Assembly: GCF_030028105.1 (NCBI RefSeq)
Contig: NC_092380.1
Span: forward strand, 70,057,717-70,121,716
From: Mobula birostris
Lineage: Eukaryota
Direction: 5' to 3'
DNA length: 64,000 nucleotides
Shown here piece after piece: positions 38,688 to 50,237 of the stretch; the stretch's first letter is position 1, and each line of letters starts with the position of its first letter. Under the pieces are notes generated by a model. The model was not told where the DNA came from, searched no databases, and worked only from the letters and a program-made list of their open reading frames with translations. The position numbers and the translations under genes were made by a program.

Positions 38688-39110
38688 TTCCTTCAACTTT
38701 TAATGTGATGGTCTTAATAATAGGCTTTCTCAAATTGCTACTATGCAAAACTTGAAGTTTAAGAACAGCTTCATTATCTCTCTCAATTTCAGGGCAGAAG
38801 ATAACTTCACACTTCAGACTGGAGGTACCATCACTGTTGTTTGTGACAGCTGACATCTCAAATGCAAAAGCTTCCACTGGACATTCATAATCTGAAATAA
38901 GTCTCTGCTGATCGATCTCCTCAGGTGCTTTCAAGTTCTCAGACGGAGAAGTCCACTGGTAAATGCTATGTTCTGTTCCGCCATTTATTTGTAGAAACCA
39001 TTGAATAGAAATATTTGAAGGTTTATATCCAGATATCTGACAAGTCAGAACAGTTTCTTCCAAATGTACAATGCGTGGAGGCTGGCTGATATCAGAAACT
39101 TTAGGAGGTA
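38688..39110 (-). CDS. Exon 5: post-TM C1-like Ig domain 1 (with acidic insertion)
   Basis: tttttctag|TA CCT CCT AAA...GGA A|gtaagt, 423 nt. VLTCQISGYKP..IQWF..NSDGTSSL; the F-strand Cys is replaced (LKLQVLH). Confidence 0.88.
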
Positions 39111-40009
39111 CTAGAAAAATATTTTAAAAAGTTATTCTTTTTTGCAAGGCAATTTTGTTACTTTAAAGCTATCAGAATAATTATACAGCTTCACCAAACA
39201 TCTGCTCACATAAATATCACCAGACAATGCATAGTTTAACGCTGCACTAAATAAAAAAGTATGAAACAATTGAGTCTATCCCAATTATGGTGACCTCTAA
39301 GTTTAAAAACAATATAAATATTGACCCACAAGTAGATCAGAGACAAAGATGAAGCCAAAGCAGTGAGAAATGTCAGGACAGAAGAACTGGAAATGCAGAG
39401 GCTACTAATGCACAGTGAAAGATAACAAACCACAAGAGTCAAGAAAAGATAGACACAAACAAAAAAAATAATCGGGTCATGTGTGAGAAATATCAGTTGA
39501 CAGAGAAATCAGGCTGATGCAAGCCAAGTCTTAAGGCACAAGCTTCTAAGAGGGGAGAGAGATAGCAAAATAGAGACAAATTTATTGCATGCAAACAGGC
39601 ATGCTTTAGTGGATTGAGCACAAACAATATAGACAAACCTGTGAGATCAAAAGTTTGGAAGATATTTGTTAGAGTGAGTTTTTTTGGGTAGATAATTTGT
39701 TTACACTTAAATGACTTTGGCCACCAGACTTCTATTTGACAAAGTACTGTGGATTGAGTCCACAACAATGCGCTTCCTAAAAAGGTGTGAATACCAGATG
39801 CTTCTGGTGCCGTAGTTTGACCAGATGCTGTAGTTTCGAAGACAGTATTATCTATACTTTATAAATATTAATTGTCTTCTATGTTAGCACATAAAATGCC
39901 AAATAAATGTATTATGTTTTTAACTTGCATTCCTAAAGGCTGTGGAAACCAACCCAGACATGTTAGCGTCGGAAGGAAAGGATGAATTCAGAAGGTGTGA
40001 TGTTTTGTA

Positions 40010-41455
40010 TGTAGCCTCAAAAGGAAGCATTGTCTATGCATTACCTATAACTTTTTAGGTAGTGATTGCCTTTGCGTTTAGCATATAAATATCGAGCCCA
40101 CATTGGGCTAGCAGCCCTTTCTACCGAAAGCGCCTCCGTCCGTATGATGCCTGCTGTACCTTGTTTTGTTGAATAAAGAAGCTGCTTTGTATCTACCAGT
40201 GGCTCTGTATCTCCAGTGATTTCATCCACACTACAACATCTGGTGTCAGGAGTAGGATGCTTCGTGATCCATCGTGTGGCCAGCATTCCTAGCAGTCTAA
40301 GTTGGTGAGTATTTTTCTAAAATAACACTCACATTTGGATCTGTTCAGTCGGTGGTGCACGGGTACACAAAGTATCACAAACGCGGAGAGCTGAACTGGT
40401 AGATGTAAACGTAGTGTGTGCGTGTGCATGTGTGTTTATTTAAGTGAGGAATCTTTGCATGTTAACTTGGTTAACTTGGTGAGACTTGGACCACCAGTTG
40501 CGAAAGGTGGTAACCAACAGTACAGTTCGAGACGCCAGAATAGGGAGGTGCATACTCGTTCGGGGAGCTGCATTTTAGTGTATGCGTTTGCAAGTGTGAT
40601 GCAAAGGAATACAGCAGGCATCATGAGTTCCGGCACTCAAAAGTGGCAGATTGTGGAATACATACTCTGCGGTTTTATATTTTGCGTACTGTGGGAATTA
40701 GTGTGGGGATATCTCAGGAAGAGGTTTTACCCAGATAGATCTACCAGAATGGCACCTACTGAGATCAAGCAACGTCAGGTTGAGAACCCTGATGATTTGA
40801 GCCAGCCCTTGACCTTGATTATGACTATTCATAAGCCCTTCACCCCCGGGGAGAAACAGAGCATCTTGTCTGAGTTGCCCTCAGTTAAAGTCACCCATGG
40901 GAATTCAGAATTCTGGTGCAAGCTCGAGGAAATGGTTGAAATTCACCAGATGCACCCTAAAGATATACACGTGTTAGTGAAAGCGAAGTGCCCGAGGAAT
41001 ATGTGGGACAAGATGGCCCGGGGGGTGCAGGCTGGTACGTGGGCAACTACCAGGAGCGCCAGTAATGAAGAAAGATATCGCTCTTTTAACGGGGAAGTGA
41101 GGCAGTGGCTGGAGGGAGGCAAGAGTAGCTGGGGAACAATAATGGCAGTGATTCAAAAAGCTGACGAGACAGGTATGGGTTATGCAGAATGTAAATATCG
41201 AGCATATGAGGAGTATTCAGGGTTGGATAATCCAGGGAGGGACGACCCAGTCTTGCTAAAAATGCTGAAGGAAGGCCTGAGCTCAGCCCAACAGGAAGTT
41301 GTAGATTTAGGCATAACGGTGGGGCCCAACTACTCTGCGATAGTTTCGTGGGCCAGTGAGATAGACCAAAGAAAATGCAACAGAAATGATAAAGTGTGTA
41401 TAGTGGATGCAGCTGCTGTGATGTCCCGGAGAGTTTGTTTTGCTTGCCGGCAGTA
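40010..41455 (+). mobile_element. Truncated LTR retroelement: 5' LTR, tRNA-Leu PBS and gag
   Basis: TGTAG (40010)...CTACA (40235) termini, TATAAA at 40084, AATAAA at 40172. PBS TGGTGTCAGGAGTAGGAT (40241-40258) matches the tRNA-Leu(CAG) 3' end as I recall it at 17/18. No pol or 3' LTR. Confidence 0.8.
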
Positions 41456-41522
41456 TTCACTCAAGCATCATCATGTGAAAGCCATTTTCCTTTATAGGAA
41501 TCCACTTTTCTTCACCACTTGA
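40623..41522 (+). CDS. Open Gag-like ORF with N-terminal hydrophobic helix, truncated in the zinc knuckle
   Basis: KPFTPGEKQSILSELP capsid-like N-terminus, MHR-like IQKADETGMGYAECKYRAYEEYSG, and partial CFAC knuckle (41436-41447). The frame then runs into flanking DNA. Confidence 0.7.
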   Translation: MSSGTQKWQIVEYILCGFIFCVLWELVWGYLRKRFYPDRSTRMAPTEIKQRQVENPDDLSQPLTLIMTIHKPFTPGEKQSILSELPSVKVTHGNSEFWCKLEEMVEIHQMHPKDIHVLVKAKCPRNMWDKMARGVQAGTWATTRSASNEERYRSFNGEVRQWLEGGKSSWGTIMAVIQKADETGMGYAECKYRAYEEYSGLDNPGRDDPVLLKMLKEGLSSAQQEVVDLGITVGPNYSAIVSWASEIDQRKCNRNDKVCIVDAAAVMSRRVCFACRQYSLKHHHVKAIFLYRNPLFFTT

Positions 41523-42049
41523 CTAATCGGATCTCATCACACTTTCAACAAATTGCCATGTCCACATTTACAATGAGTACTATCTCTGTAACAAAGCCAC
41601 TTGAAGAAATTTAGCAAACAGGTTCCCACAAATTACTCATAATTCATTCTGAAATATTTTTGCTTTCCAGAGCTAATATTTCTAAAAAAACTGAAATAAG
41701 GAATTTAACAAATAGTCTATTTAAAAATATTCATGAATGCTTTACATTAAAATTATTGGATATGATGCCTGATATACTTGCTCAGCCTCAGCTTGGAAAT
41801 TATCCATTTTATCAAATCTAGGATTTCAATCTTGTGCAAAGCATTGTATTTCCCGGGGTGTATTGGTCACAGTCTGGCCTACCATGAGCTCTTTTTATTC
41901 TCTGTGTAACAGCACATTTCCACTTTTTGCAATCAAGGGATTAACTTTGTGCATTGATTTAGCTATCGGGCAGATCTGCTTTTTTTTCTCTGATCTGTGC
42001 AAGTGTGAAACTGTACAAATTAATCAAAATGCAGCAACTCCCATATGTC

Positions 42050-44690
42050 GTCAGCAGGTGGGGACACAATAATATGGATGCTTTATGTGCATTGCATCCC
42101 TAATGCAATAAAATGTTCCAATCGTCTTCACAGAAGCATTATTAAATAAAATGTGACACAGAGCCACATGGAGTAATTGAGGATAACCCTTAGAATGTGG
42201 CGACATAGGATTGGAAGGCGTAGAATCCTTGTGGGTAGAGGTAAGAAATTGCAAATGTAAAAACACCTTGACAGGAGTTAAATACAGACCTTCGAACAAT
42301 AGCCAGGCTGGAGGCTACAAATTACCATGGAAGATAGAGTAGCAAACGCACGTCAAAAGGGCAATGTTACAATAGTCATGGGGGAGCTCAACATGAAGGT
42401 AGATTGGGGAAGTCAGGTTGGTGCTGGATCCCAGGAGAGATAACTTGGAGAATGCTGACAAGATGGCCTTTTAAAGCAGCTTTTGGTTGAGCTCACTAGG
42501 AAGACTGTTATTCTGGATTGGGTGTTGTATAATGAACCAGTTTTGATAATGGAGCTTCAACTAAAGGAACCCTAGGGAGGCAGTGATAATGTGATAGAAT
42601 TCACCCTGCAATTTGAGAGAGAGAAGTTAAAGTCAGATGTATCAGTATTAAAGAGGAGTAGAAAGGAATTACAGAGTCATAAGTAAGAAACCAAAGTTGA
42701 TTGGAAGGGGACAGTCACAGGGATGACTAGAGAGCAGCAATAGCTGGAGTTTCTGGGAGCAATCGGGAAGGTGCAGGAATAGATACATCCTAAAGATGTA
42801 GTATTCTAAAGGGAGGATAACATAAAGACAGCTGACAAGGGAGTCAAAGGCAACAAAAAAAAAGGGCATATAATAAAACAAAAATTAGTGGGAAGTTAGA
42901 GGATTGAGAAGCTTTTAAAAAACAACAGAAAGCACCAAAAAAGGCCATATGGAGCAAAAAGATGAAATATTAAGGTAAGCTATATCAAAGACAAAACCAA
43001 ACATTTTTCAGATATATACAGAGTAAAAAAAGAGCTGAGAGTAGATATTGGACCACTGGAAAATGATGCTGGAGAGGTAGTAATGGGAGACAACCAAATG
43101 GTGGATGAACCAAATAAGTATTTTGCATCAGTCTTAATTGTGGAAGACACTAGACTATGCCAGAAATTTGAGATCATCAGGAGGCAGAAGCGAGTGCAGT
43201 TGCTATTACTAGGGAGAAGCTGCTTAAAAATCTGAAATGTCTGAAGGTGGTTCAGTCCCTTGCACCAGCTGCACTACACCCAAGAGTCCTGAAAGAGTAG
43301 CTTAAACGATTGTGGCATTAGTAACGATCTTTCAAGAAGCAATAGATTTTGGCATAGTTCCAGCGGACTGGAAAACCGCAAACGTCACTCCACTTTTGAA
43401 GAAGGGAGAGTGGCAGAAGAAAGGAAACTATAGGCCAGTGAGCCTGACCTCAGTATTTGGGAAGATGTTGGAGTTGATTGTTAAGGATGTAGTTTCAGGG
43501 TACCTTGAGACACATGATAAAATAGGTCAACGTTACCTTGTTTTCTTAAGGGAAAATCTTGCCTGACAAATCTGTAGGAATTCTTTGAGGAAATAAATAG
43601 GATAAACAAAGCAAGATCAGTGGATATTGTGTACTTGGGTTTTCTGAAGGCCTTTGACAAGGTGCCATACATGACCACTGCTTATCAAGATAAAAGCCCA
43701 AGGTATTAGAGGAAACACATGGTTAGAGCACTGGCTAATTGGGAGTTTTTTTTTTGATTGGCTGCTGGTGATTAGCAGTGTTCTGCAAGTGTTGGTGTTG
43801 TTACCGCTTCTTTTTATGCTGTACATTAACGATTGGAAGATGGAATTGATGCTTTGTGGCCAAGTTTGTGGATGATATGACAATAGGTGGAGGGACAGAT
43901 AGTGATGAGGAAGCAGGGAGAATGCAGATGGACTTAGACAGATTGGAAGAATAGGCAAGAAAGTGGCAGATGGAATATAGTGTAGGGAGGTGTATGCTCA
44001 TGCACTTTGGTAGAAGGAATAAAGGAGTAGACTATTTCCTAAACGGGGAGAAAATTCAAAAATCCAAGGTGAAAAGGGACTTGGGAGTCCCTGTGCAGGA
44101 TTCCCTGAAGGTTAATTTGCAGTTTGAATTGGTGGTGAGGAAGGCAAATGCAATGTTAGCATTCATCTTGAGAGGACTAGAATATAAAGGCAAGGATGTA
44201 ATGCTGATAATTAACATGGCACAGATGAGTCTCCACTTGAAGTATCATTTTAAGAAAGGATGTACTGACATTGGAGAGAGTTCAGAGGAGGTTCACAAGA
44301 TTGATTCTGGGAATGACAGGCTTATCGTATGAAAGGTATAATTGAAATCCATTGAATACTGAAAGGCCTAGATAGAGTGGATGTGGAGAGCATGTTTCTT
44401 GTGGTGGGGGAGTCTAGGACCAGAAGACACAGCCTCAGATTAGAGGGATGTCTGTTTAGAACAGAGATGAGGAGGGATTTCTTTAACCAGAGTGGTAAAT
44501 CTGTGGAATTCATTGCCACAGTTGCCTGTGGAGGCCAGGTTATTTGGTGTTTTCAGGTAGAGGCTGATAGTTTCCTGATTAGTCAAGGCATAAATGTTAC
44601 GTGGAGAAGTCAGGACAATGGGGCTGAGAGGGAAATGGATCAGCCATGATAAAATATCAGAGCAAACTTGATGGGCCATAATTCTGCTCT
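42050..44690 (+). mobile_element. CR1 ORF2 (APE-RT), heavily degraded
   Basis: DWKTANVTPLLKKG..NYRPVSLTS, FLKAFDKVP and ESRTRRHSLRLEG motifs plus 3'UTR. Confidence 0.85.
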
Positions 44691-44914
44691 TATGTTCTGT
44701 GGTTTTATGGATAGCGGCTAAATCTTGGGCAAATTCATGGCTCTTAAGAAGTATCATAGGGGGACTTCCGGTAGCGCTCATGGAGTGAAGTCGCGTTCTT
44801 GACTCACTCCATTACCTCTGAGTTTTTCTTCTTATGATCAGCTATATTTTAATTAACCATTAAGGCATCGACTTTTACAATACTTTAAAACAAATTGGGC
44901 TCTTCGATAATCGG

Positions 44915-45778
44915 ATGTTTTTAAGGTCTGCTATGTCTAAGAATGGAAAAAACGGGAAGGACGGCAAACCTCCGGGTAGACCGAAAGGTACCGATTTTCC
45001 TCCGACTGAACCACCGGTGACTTTGAAAGCTATATCGGAGCTAATTCAAAGGGAAATTTCAACCTCTATTACGGAGCTGATTCGTGAGGAAATTTCAATT
45101 AGTTTCCAGAAAATTGCCGATTCAATCGAGAAGATACAAATATCTATTACGGAACATCAGTCGGCTATATCTGATCTTCAAAAATCCACGCAACAAAGTG
45201 AGCTCAAGATGGAGAAAATCGAAGAAACAATTAATGTAATGAAGAAGAAACTCGACTTTCTGACCTTTAAAAACTCTCATTTAGAATCCAGAATGCGACG
45301 GCAGAATCTTCGAATGATTGGGGTGCATGAAGCTGTTGAATCTGATAACCCTATGAAGTATTTTTGTCAACTTTTAAAAGATGCATTTCCTACTGTATTT
45401 CCTGACCAACCACCGTTATTGGATCGTGTTCACAGAGTTCCATCATACTTGCTTAGGTCAGATAAACCTCGACATGTCATTTTACGTTTTCATTACTTTC
45501 AAGACAAGGAGAAACTGTTTCGTTTCGTTCGATCTAAAGGTTACATTGATTTTCTGGATCTTAAGTTCCGATTCGTGGAGGATTTCAGTAAACCAATCCG
45601 GGATCAACGGGTTCGTTACAGATCTGTGATGTCGGAACTCTACAAGATGGATTTAAAACCAGCGCTGCTCTACCCTGCACGTCTAAGGATTCGTACGTCG
45701 GATGGAGCCCTCCGTTTTTTTGAATCTCCATCGGATGCCCAGAGTTATCTGGATCAATTTTCACCTTCGACATCTTAA
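44915..45778 (+). CDS. L1 ORF1p (intact; coiled coil, RRM, CTD)
   Basis: LESRMRRQNLRMIGVHE, LDRVHRV..PRHVILRFHYFQDKE and ALLYPARLRI motifs. Start at ATG 44915 or 44933. Confidence 0.9.
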   Translation: MFLRSAMSKNGKNGKDGKPPGRPKGTDFPPTEPPVTLKAISELIQREISTSITELIREEISISFQKIADSIEKIQISITEHQSAISDLQKSTQQSELKMEKIEETINVMKKKLDFLTFKNSHLESRMRRQNLRMIGVHEAVESDNPMKYFCQLLKDAFPTVFPDQPPLLDRVHRVPSYLLRSDKPRHVILRFHYFQDKEKLFRFVRSKGYIDFLDLKFRFVEDFSKPIRDQRVRYRSVMSELYKMDLKPALLYPARLRIRTSDGALRFFESPSDAQSYLDQFSPSTS

Positions 45779-46492
45779 TCGTAATTTTTAACTATCTCCG
45801 TTGATCGGAGGTTGTGAATTTGTCAGTCTTAATTTTGTTTTTGTCCTATATGGGCAGAAAAGTTTATTTTTGATTATTTAATATGATTGCTAAACTTTCT
45901 TTTTTAACTGCGTCATTCCTTTCTTTTTCCCAGGGGATTCTGGGTGGTTATTCCCTCACCGTCATTTTACGTATTTCCTTTGTGGCCTTAAATTTTGTAG
46001 TTTTTTAAATCTACTTTGTTTTGTAGGTTTTCATAATTAGTTTATGTTAATAATCTCATTTTTTTTTGTTTTGTTTACTTATAGGGTTTGGGATTTGTTG
46101 CGGTTTTTTTTATATTTTCTGGCTTTTACTCTGTTATATTATGTGTTTGTTTTAATTGAGTTACCTTTTTTTATTCTCTTACTGTTTTATAATTAGCTGA
46201 TCTTTTTTCATATTTACACTTTTTTTAGGGAGCGTATACCGGAAGTCATGGGGGTAGCTTTAGTGCTTGCTTCTTTCGGGCTGGTCTGCGTTAGATTTAG
46301 CCTTGGGGTCATGGGGTGGGGGGTGGTGGGAGGGGCTTCACGTTTTAGCTTCTTTCTTCTTGGGCTATGTACACTATTGAAGTATTGGTTGCGTTCTTCT
46401 TCCCGGTATCTCTTATTTGTTCTGTTCCCTTTCCAGGTTCGTGGGTCGAGCCTATCGTCAATCCTCCTTGATGCGGGTTGACTTTAGGGTTT

Positions 46493-49400
46493 ATGGAGTC
46501 TATTATTAATTTTGTCTCCTGGAGTACTAATGGTCTCAATCATCCTATTAAAAGGAAAAAAGTTTTTAAAGTGTTCCGGAGACTTAAAGCATAAATTTTA
46601 TTTTTACAAGAGACCCATGTGCGGAGGGGGGACAGACTACGTTTTTTTAAATTCTGGAAGGAACAACAGTTTCATTCGAACTCCAATGCTAAGATTCGAG
46701 CGTCTCTATTTTTATAGACTCCTCAGTTACTTTTATCCAACATGATATTATTTCTGATCCGAACGGTAGATCTCTATTGGTTAGTGGTCTACTATTTAAT
46801 AAAAAGGTAGTTTTGGTTAATGTTTATGCTCCCAATATGGACTGTCCGGAATTTTATAAATTATTATTCAATCAGTTCCCGAATTTGAATGAGTTTTCAT
46901 TGATCTGGGGCGGAGATCTTAATACCTGTTTATCTCCAGCTTTGGACCGTTCGGCTCCTCTACGGACCTTACCTAATAAATCTGCAACTTTGATTAATTC
47001 ATTCCTCTCTGATTCTGGGTCGACGGACATTTGGCGTTTTTTGCATCCTCAGGAAAAAGATTTTTCTTTTTTTTCACATGTTCACCATTCCTATTCAAGA
47101 ATTGATTATTTCTTTATTGATTCTCGTCTTATTTCTTCAGTGATTAAATGTGATTATGACTCTATAACCATTTCGGATCATGCTCCACTTAAGCTTTTTA
47201 TTAAAATTCAGGCCAATACACAAAATAATAGACAATGGCGTTTTAATTCGCTGTTGCTTCAGGACTCGGACTTTGTTAACTTTATGAACTATACAAAGGA
47301 TATTTCTGTGAACATTCTTTGGGATACTTTTAAAGCTTATATTCGTGGTCAGATTATCTCGTATTCTGCTGCTTTGAGGAAGAAGCTGAAGCAGGAGGAG
47401 TTGGCAATCGTGGACAAGGTTAAGAAAATTGATAAGAAATATGTTATAGCTCCTTCTGAGGAGTTATATAAACAAAGAACTGAACTTCAAATGGAACACA
47501 GTTTATTACTTTCGTCCTCGATTGTAAACCAATTAAAGAAAACAAGAAGTGAATTTTATGTACACAGTGACAAAATTGGCAAACTGTTGGCTAATCAACT
47601 GAAGTCTAATTATGCTAAATCTCAAATTAATCAGATTTATAACCAAAATGACCGACTGATACTTGATCATGTGGGGATTAATCAAACTTTCTGTGATTTT
47701 TATTCTTCCTTATATCAATCAGAGTCTCCTCGAGATTCTAAATATATGAATGATTTTTTTAGATAATCTAGACTTCCCTGAGATTTCACAGGATATGTCT
47801 TCTATGTTAGATACTCCCATTACCACGGATGAGATTAAGAATGTTATTTTCTCTATGAATTTGGGGAAAGCTCCTGGCCCTGATGGGTTTACCGTAGAAT
47901 TTTATAAATGTTTCGCACCTTCATTAATCCCTTGGCTCTGTAGGGTTTTTGAGGCTTCATTAAAACTTGGTAAACTTCCTGAATCTTTCAATAGAGCGTC
48001 AATCTCTCTAATATTAAAGAAGGATAAAGATCCTGCTCAATGCGCATCTTATAGACCAATATCTTTATTAAATGTTGATTCTAAAGTTTTTTCTAAGTTA
48101 TTAGCAAATAGATTAGAAAAAGTACTTCCTTTTATTATTTCGGAAGACCAAACGGGTTTTATTAAAGGTCGTTACTCTTTTTATAATATTCGCACACTGT
48201 TAAATATTGTTTATACCCCCTCACAAAATGTTCCTAAGTGTGTTATCTCTTTAGATGCTGAGAAAGCTTTTGATAGAGTAGAATGGCCTTACTTATTTAA
48301 GGTGCTTGAAATGTTTAATTTTAGCTCGAAATTTATATCCTGGATTAAATTGTTACATCATTCTCCTGTGGCCTCGGTCCATACTAACTCTCTAAGCTCA
48401 CCTTTTTTCCCTCTTTTTCGAGGTACTCGACAAGGGTGTCCTCTTAGTCCTTTATTATTTGATATTGCATTAGAACCTCTTGCAATTGCCATTCGAGAAT
48501 CTCCAAATATTACTGGGATAACTCGGGGCTTAAAGTCCCATAAAATATCACTCTATGCTGATGACTTACTTTTATATATTTCTAATCCCCAAAAATCCAT
48601 CCCTGCTGTTTTAGAGTTATTAGCACAATTTGGTCTTTTTTCAGGTTATAAATTAAATCTTAGTAAGAGTGAACTTTTCCCGATTAATAAACAACTTCCC
48701 TTATATCATAACTTTCCATTTAAATTGATTAATAATTATTTTTCATATCTTGGGATTAAAATTACTTCTAAATACAAAGATTTATTTAAGATTAACTTTT
48801 TACCCTTAATTGACCATATTATTCAACTTTCATCTAAATGGTTTCCTTTATATTTAACTTTGATTGGTCGTATTAATGCAGTTAAGATGTTTTTTTTGCC
48901 AAAATTTTTATATATATTTCAGGCATTACCAATTTTTGTTCCAAAATCTTTTTTTGATAAAGTTGACTCCAAAATTTCTTCATTTATTTGGCAAAATAAA
49001 AACCCGAGACTGGGTAAAATAAATTTACAGAAAGCTAAGAGAGATGGAGGTTTAGCATTACCTAACTTTAGATTTTATTATTGGGCAATTAATATTCGAC
49101 ATATGAAATTTTGGTTACTTGACCAGGATATACTATCCATTCCTAAATGGGTAGCATTGGAATTACAATCTGTTCAGGGCTATACACTTGGCTCTATTTT
49201 AGGTTCCTCTCTTCCTTTTGATTTGAAATGCCTTAAACAGGTGTCTAACCCGATAGTTAAATATACCTTACTTATTTGGTTTCAATTCAGAAAATTTTTT
49301 GATCTTAACCAATTTGGGCTAGCGATTCCTATTTTAGGTAACATATTTTTTCCTCCCTCTTTTACGGATCGTGCTTTTCAAATTTGGAAGACTAAGGGTA

Positions 49401-50237
49401 TTTCACGGTTTTTGTATTTTTAGATGGTTCCCTTATGTCTTTTGAACAATTATCTAATAAATATAATTTATCAAGAATACATTTTTTTTTAGATATCTAC
49501 AAGTTAGAAATTTCCTAAGTACTATACTTTCTTCCTTTCCAATGTCTCCTCCTACATACATTTTAGATACTATAATTAACCTTAATCCATGTCAGAAAGG
49601 TGCATCGGCTATTATTTATAATATTATTATGAAACTTAGGAAAGCTCCATTTGATAAGATTAGGTCAGATTGGGAACAAGAATTGGGATCTATTATTTCC
49701 GTGGATGACTGGGGGCAGATTTTACAATTAGTCAATACTTCCTCTATCTGTGCTAAACATTCCCTAATTCAATTTAAAGTTGTCCATAGAGCACATATGT
49801 CCAAAGATAAATTAGCTCGCTTTTATTCTCATATTAATCCTTTTTGTGATAGATGTCCGGGGCAAATAGCTTCTTTAGCTCATATGTTTTGGTCTTGTCC
49901 TACTCTGGAAACTTTTTGGAGAGACATTTTTAATATTATCTCCAAGGTATTGAATATAGATATCTCTCCTCACCCGATTACTGCTATCTTTGGACTACCT
50001 AAAATTTCCAGTAATCTTTCTCCTTCAGCCCGTAGAATGATTGCATTTCTTACTTTAATGGCGAAAAGATGTATCTTACAACATTGAAAAGAGCTTAATG
50101 CTCCAACTACCTTTTTTTGGTTTTCTCAGATGATATTATGCTTGAATTTGGAGAAAATTAGAAGCAATCTTTATGACTCCTCATTTAAATTTGAACAGAC
50201 CTGGAGATCTTTTATTCAATATTTTCATTTAATGTAA
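46493..50237 (+). pseudogene. L1 ORF2 (APE-RT-CCHC), disrupted
   Basis: SWSTNGLN..QETH, SDHAP, GKAPGPDGF, LDAEKAFDRVEW, RQGCPLSPLLF, YADD and CDRC..HMFWSC motifs. Frameshifts near 46560, 47755 and 49420-49500; stop near 50085. Confidence 0.92.

Noticed and set aside
24202-39110. Tyrosine motifs in the tail (TYSIL, SYHL, RYSC) as ITIM/ITAM candidates
   Set aside because: They are the structural C1-set E-strand DGTYS-type motif and do not fit ITIM or ITAM consensus.
39236-39442. Hydrophobic 68-aa minus-strand ORF upstream of exon 5, a possible second TM exon
   Set aside because: The hydrophobicity comes from CT-rich low-complexity intron sequence, with no matching acceptor/donor pair in phase 1.
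40623-41455. Gag as the source of a B7-H6-style Gag cytoplasmic tail
   Set aside because: The gag is on the opposite strand to the host gene, so it cannot be spliced in as coding sequence.
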